DNA of 64,000 nucleotides from Pseudomonadota bacterium (GTDB lineage Bacteria; Pseudomonadota; Gammaproteobacteria; Burkholderiales; DATLHW01): NCBI GenBank assembly GCA_040388195.1, contig JAZKCF010000022.1, positions 19,178 to 83,177 of the forward strand, read 5' to 3'. Shown piece by piece: positions 62,628 to 64,000 of this stretch (position 1 is its first letter; each line of letters starts with the position of its first letter). The notes under the pieces were generated by a model. It saw only the letters and a program-made list of their open reading frames with translations, ran no database searches and was not told where the DNA came from. The position numbers and the translations under genes were made by a program.

Positions 62628-63797
62628 ATGCATCGCTTGACCGGTGCGCTTAACACACATTGGATCGGATCTATGATGATTCCGCTGGGGCCTTATTTTT
62701 TGGCATTTATATTGTCATCAGGATTGGTGCTTTTTCTTGCCAGGCTGGCTCCTCGGTGGGGGCTTGTCGATTCACCAGTGGGGCGAAAAATTCATGACGG
62801 AGATGTGCCGTTAGTCGGTGGGATAGCCATCTATTTGTCTTTTGTTATTGTCACCCAGTTTTCCGGTTTGATGTCCATGGCATGGAATTTACTAGTGCCC
62901 ACCGGAGTGCTCGTCATAGTGGGTGTGTTGGATGACCTTTTCGAATGTCGTGCTCGAACCAAATTTGCAGGGCAAGCCTGCGCGGTGTTGCTGATGATTG
63001 GTTTAGGACAAGTAGTCCTTATCGATCTCGGTTCTTTGGTTGCCGGTGGGAATTTGGAGCTGGGTGCATTGTCGGTGCCATTTACTTTTATTTGCGTGAT
63101 TGGCCTTATAAATGCACTTAATTTCTCCGACGGTGCCGACGGTCTCGCGGGCGGCATCGGGGTGATTGCACTGGTATGGTTCGCGGTTCTTGCAGGATTT
63201 GCGGGCAACACTTCTTACCTCACGCTGGCCGTGTTGTTTGCCTGCTCCACTCTGGGTTTTCTGATATTTAATATTCGTCATCGCTGGCAAGCGCGCGCGC
63301 GCGTTTTTATGGGCGATGCCGGCAGTATGATGTTGGGCATGGTATTGGCGGCATTTGCGATTTCGCTCAGCCAGGGCAAACAAGCGGTTTTTCCGCCGAT
63401 CGTAGCAGTTTGGATTCTGGGGTTACCGTTGCTTGATACTGTTTCAATCATGGTGAGACGCATGCTTCGAGGAAAAAGCCCGTTCACCGGTGATCGTGCG
63501 CATCTACATCATGTATTGCTCGATATGGGTTTGTCGATTCCGCGAATGGTTGTCGTCATGTGGGTTATTGCCGCGGTTATTGGCGGCGCCGGTGTCGCAG
63601 CATGGCAAATAGGAGTGTCCGAACGAGTGTTATTTGTGGCATTCTTAGCACTCTTTGTTGCTTACGGAATAGGAATATCCTACGCACGGAGCATATTGCG
63701 TCGTTCGAGAGTGTTTTCATCGACCGTCTCCGCTGGCGCTTTAATAACATGCCCAGCAGAAGAATTCGCCGGTCTTGATGGAAGTGAGCTGAAGTAG
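62628..63797 (+). CDS. Glycosyltransferase family 4 polyprenyl-phosphate sugar-1-phosphate transferase (WecA/MraY-like)
   Basis: 389 aa, polytopic. Motifs: GVLDDLFE, NALNFSDGADGLAGG, FMGDAGSMMLG. The real start is possibly the MMIPLGPY.. methionine. Confidence 0.85.
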   Translation: MHRLTGALNTHWIGSMMIPLGPYFLAFILSSGLVLFLARLAPRWGLVDSPVGRKIHDGDVPLVGGIAIYLSFVIVTQFSGLMSMAWNLLVPTGVLVIVGVLDDLFECRARTKFAGQACAVLLMIGLGQVVLIDLGSLVAGGNLELGALSVPFTFICVIGLINALNFSDGADGLAGGIGVIALVWFAVLAGFAGNTSYLTLAVLFACSTLGFLIFNIRHRWQARARVFMGDAGSMMLGMVLAAFAISLSQGKQAVFPPIVAVWILGLPLLDTVSIMVRRMLRGKSPFTGDRAHLHHVLLDMGLSIPRMVVVMWVIAAVIGGAGVAAWQIGVSERVLFVAFLALFVAYGIGISYARSILRRSRVFSSTVSAGALITCPAEEFAGLDGSELK

Positions 63798-63950
63798 TTC
63801 CGGTTTAACATAGATATGGATGTATATAGAGACAATAAAACGAACTTGGCGAATGGCGGTGCGGCCAGCGTCGTTTTATGAAGCTTCCACGTAGTGCATG
63901 CAAGTTTTGCCAATCAGGTAGTCTTATCAAATATCGAATGGGAGGTTGAG

Positions 63951-64000
63951 ATGAAAAAGTTATCTGCCCTGTTACTGGGAATCCTAATGATGGCTCAGGT
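63951..64000 (+). CDS. Start of an exported protein (3' end beyond the window)
   Basis: ATG 63951 has GGGAGG 5 nt upstream. MKKLSALLLGILMMAQ.. looks like a signal peptide. Only 16 codons are visible. Confidence 0.45.
   Translation, partial: MKKLSALLLGILMMAQ

Overview
This 64-kb chromosomal window looks betaproteobacterial. That is inferred from gene order only; GC is about 50% by eye, and no database search was possible. Most of it is conserved housekeeping sequence:
- gltBD; dgt-aroB and aroK; pilMNOPQ divergent from PBP1A
- hemB and engB, divergent from cytochrome c4-ccsBA
- hemL-thiE-thiD; rubredoxin-pilGHIJ-chpA; uppP
- thiC behind a clear TPP riboswitch; hsp20-lon; TetR; pcm-tolC; waaA-waaC; a WecA-like transferase

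I found no rRNA, tRNA, CRISPR array, integrase or transposase. Three stretches look accessory:
1. Bases 1-5800 hold the tail of a type I R-M operon (hsdS plus a coupled RhuM-family gene). Next to it is a 937-aa secreted protein joining a chitin-binding-type module, a roughly 200-aa polyglutamine repeat block and a beta-helix-like enzyme domain.
2. Bases 15596-20020 hold five tightly overlapping genes for exported proteins. They are a PKD lipoprotein, a transthyretin-like protein, a Zn-phospholipase-C-like protein, a BNR/Asp-box propeller and a small secreted protein. They sit exactly between aroK and aroB, which are normally adjacent. This is the best candidate for an undescribed system, and it also contains a probable frameshift or gene fusion.
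3. Bases 57768-57933 form a 166-bp MITE-like element with 32-bp perfect terminal inverted repeats.

Noncoding observations include a dispersed family of structured intergenic repeats with conserved end boxes and one compensatory stem change. There is also a triple hairpin between engB and hemB with GGA / C-rich loops, and several long hairpins or orphan terminators. All product calls come from motifs I recognise in the translations. Starts are from the ORF track unless stated otherwise.
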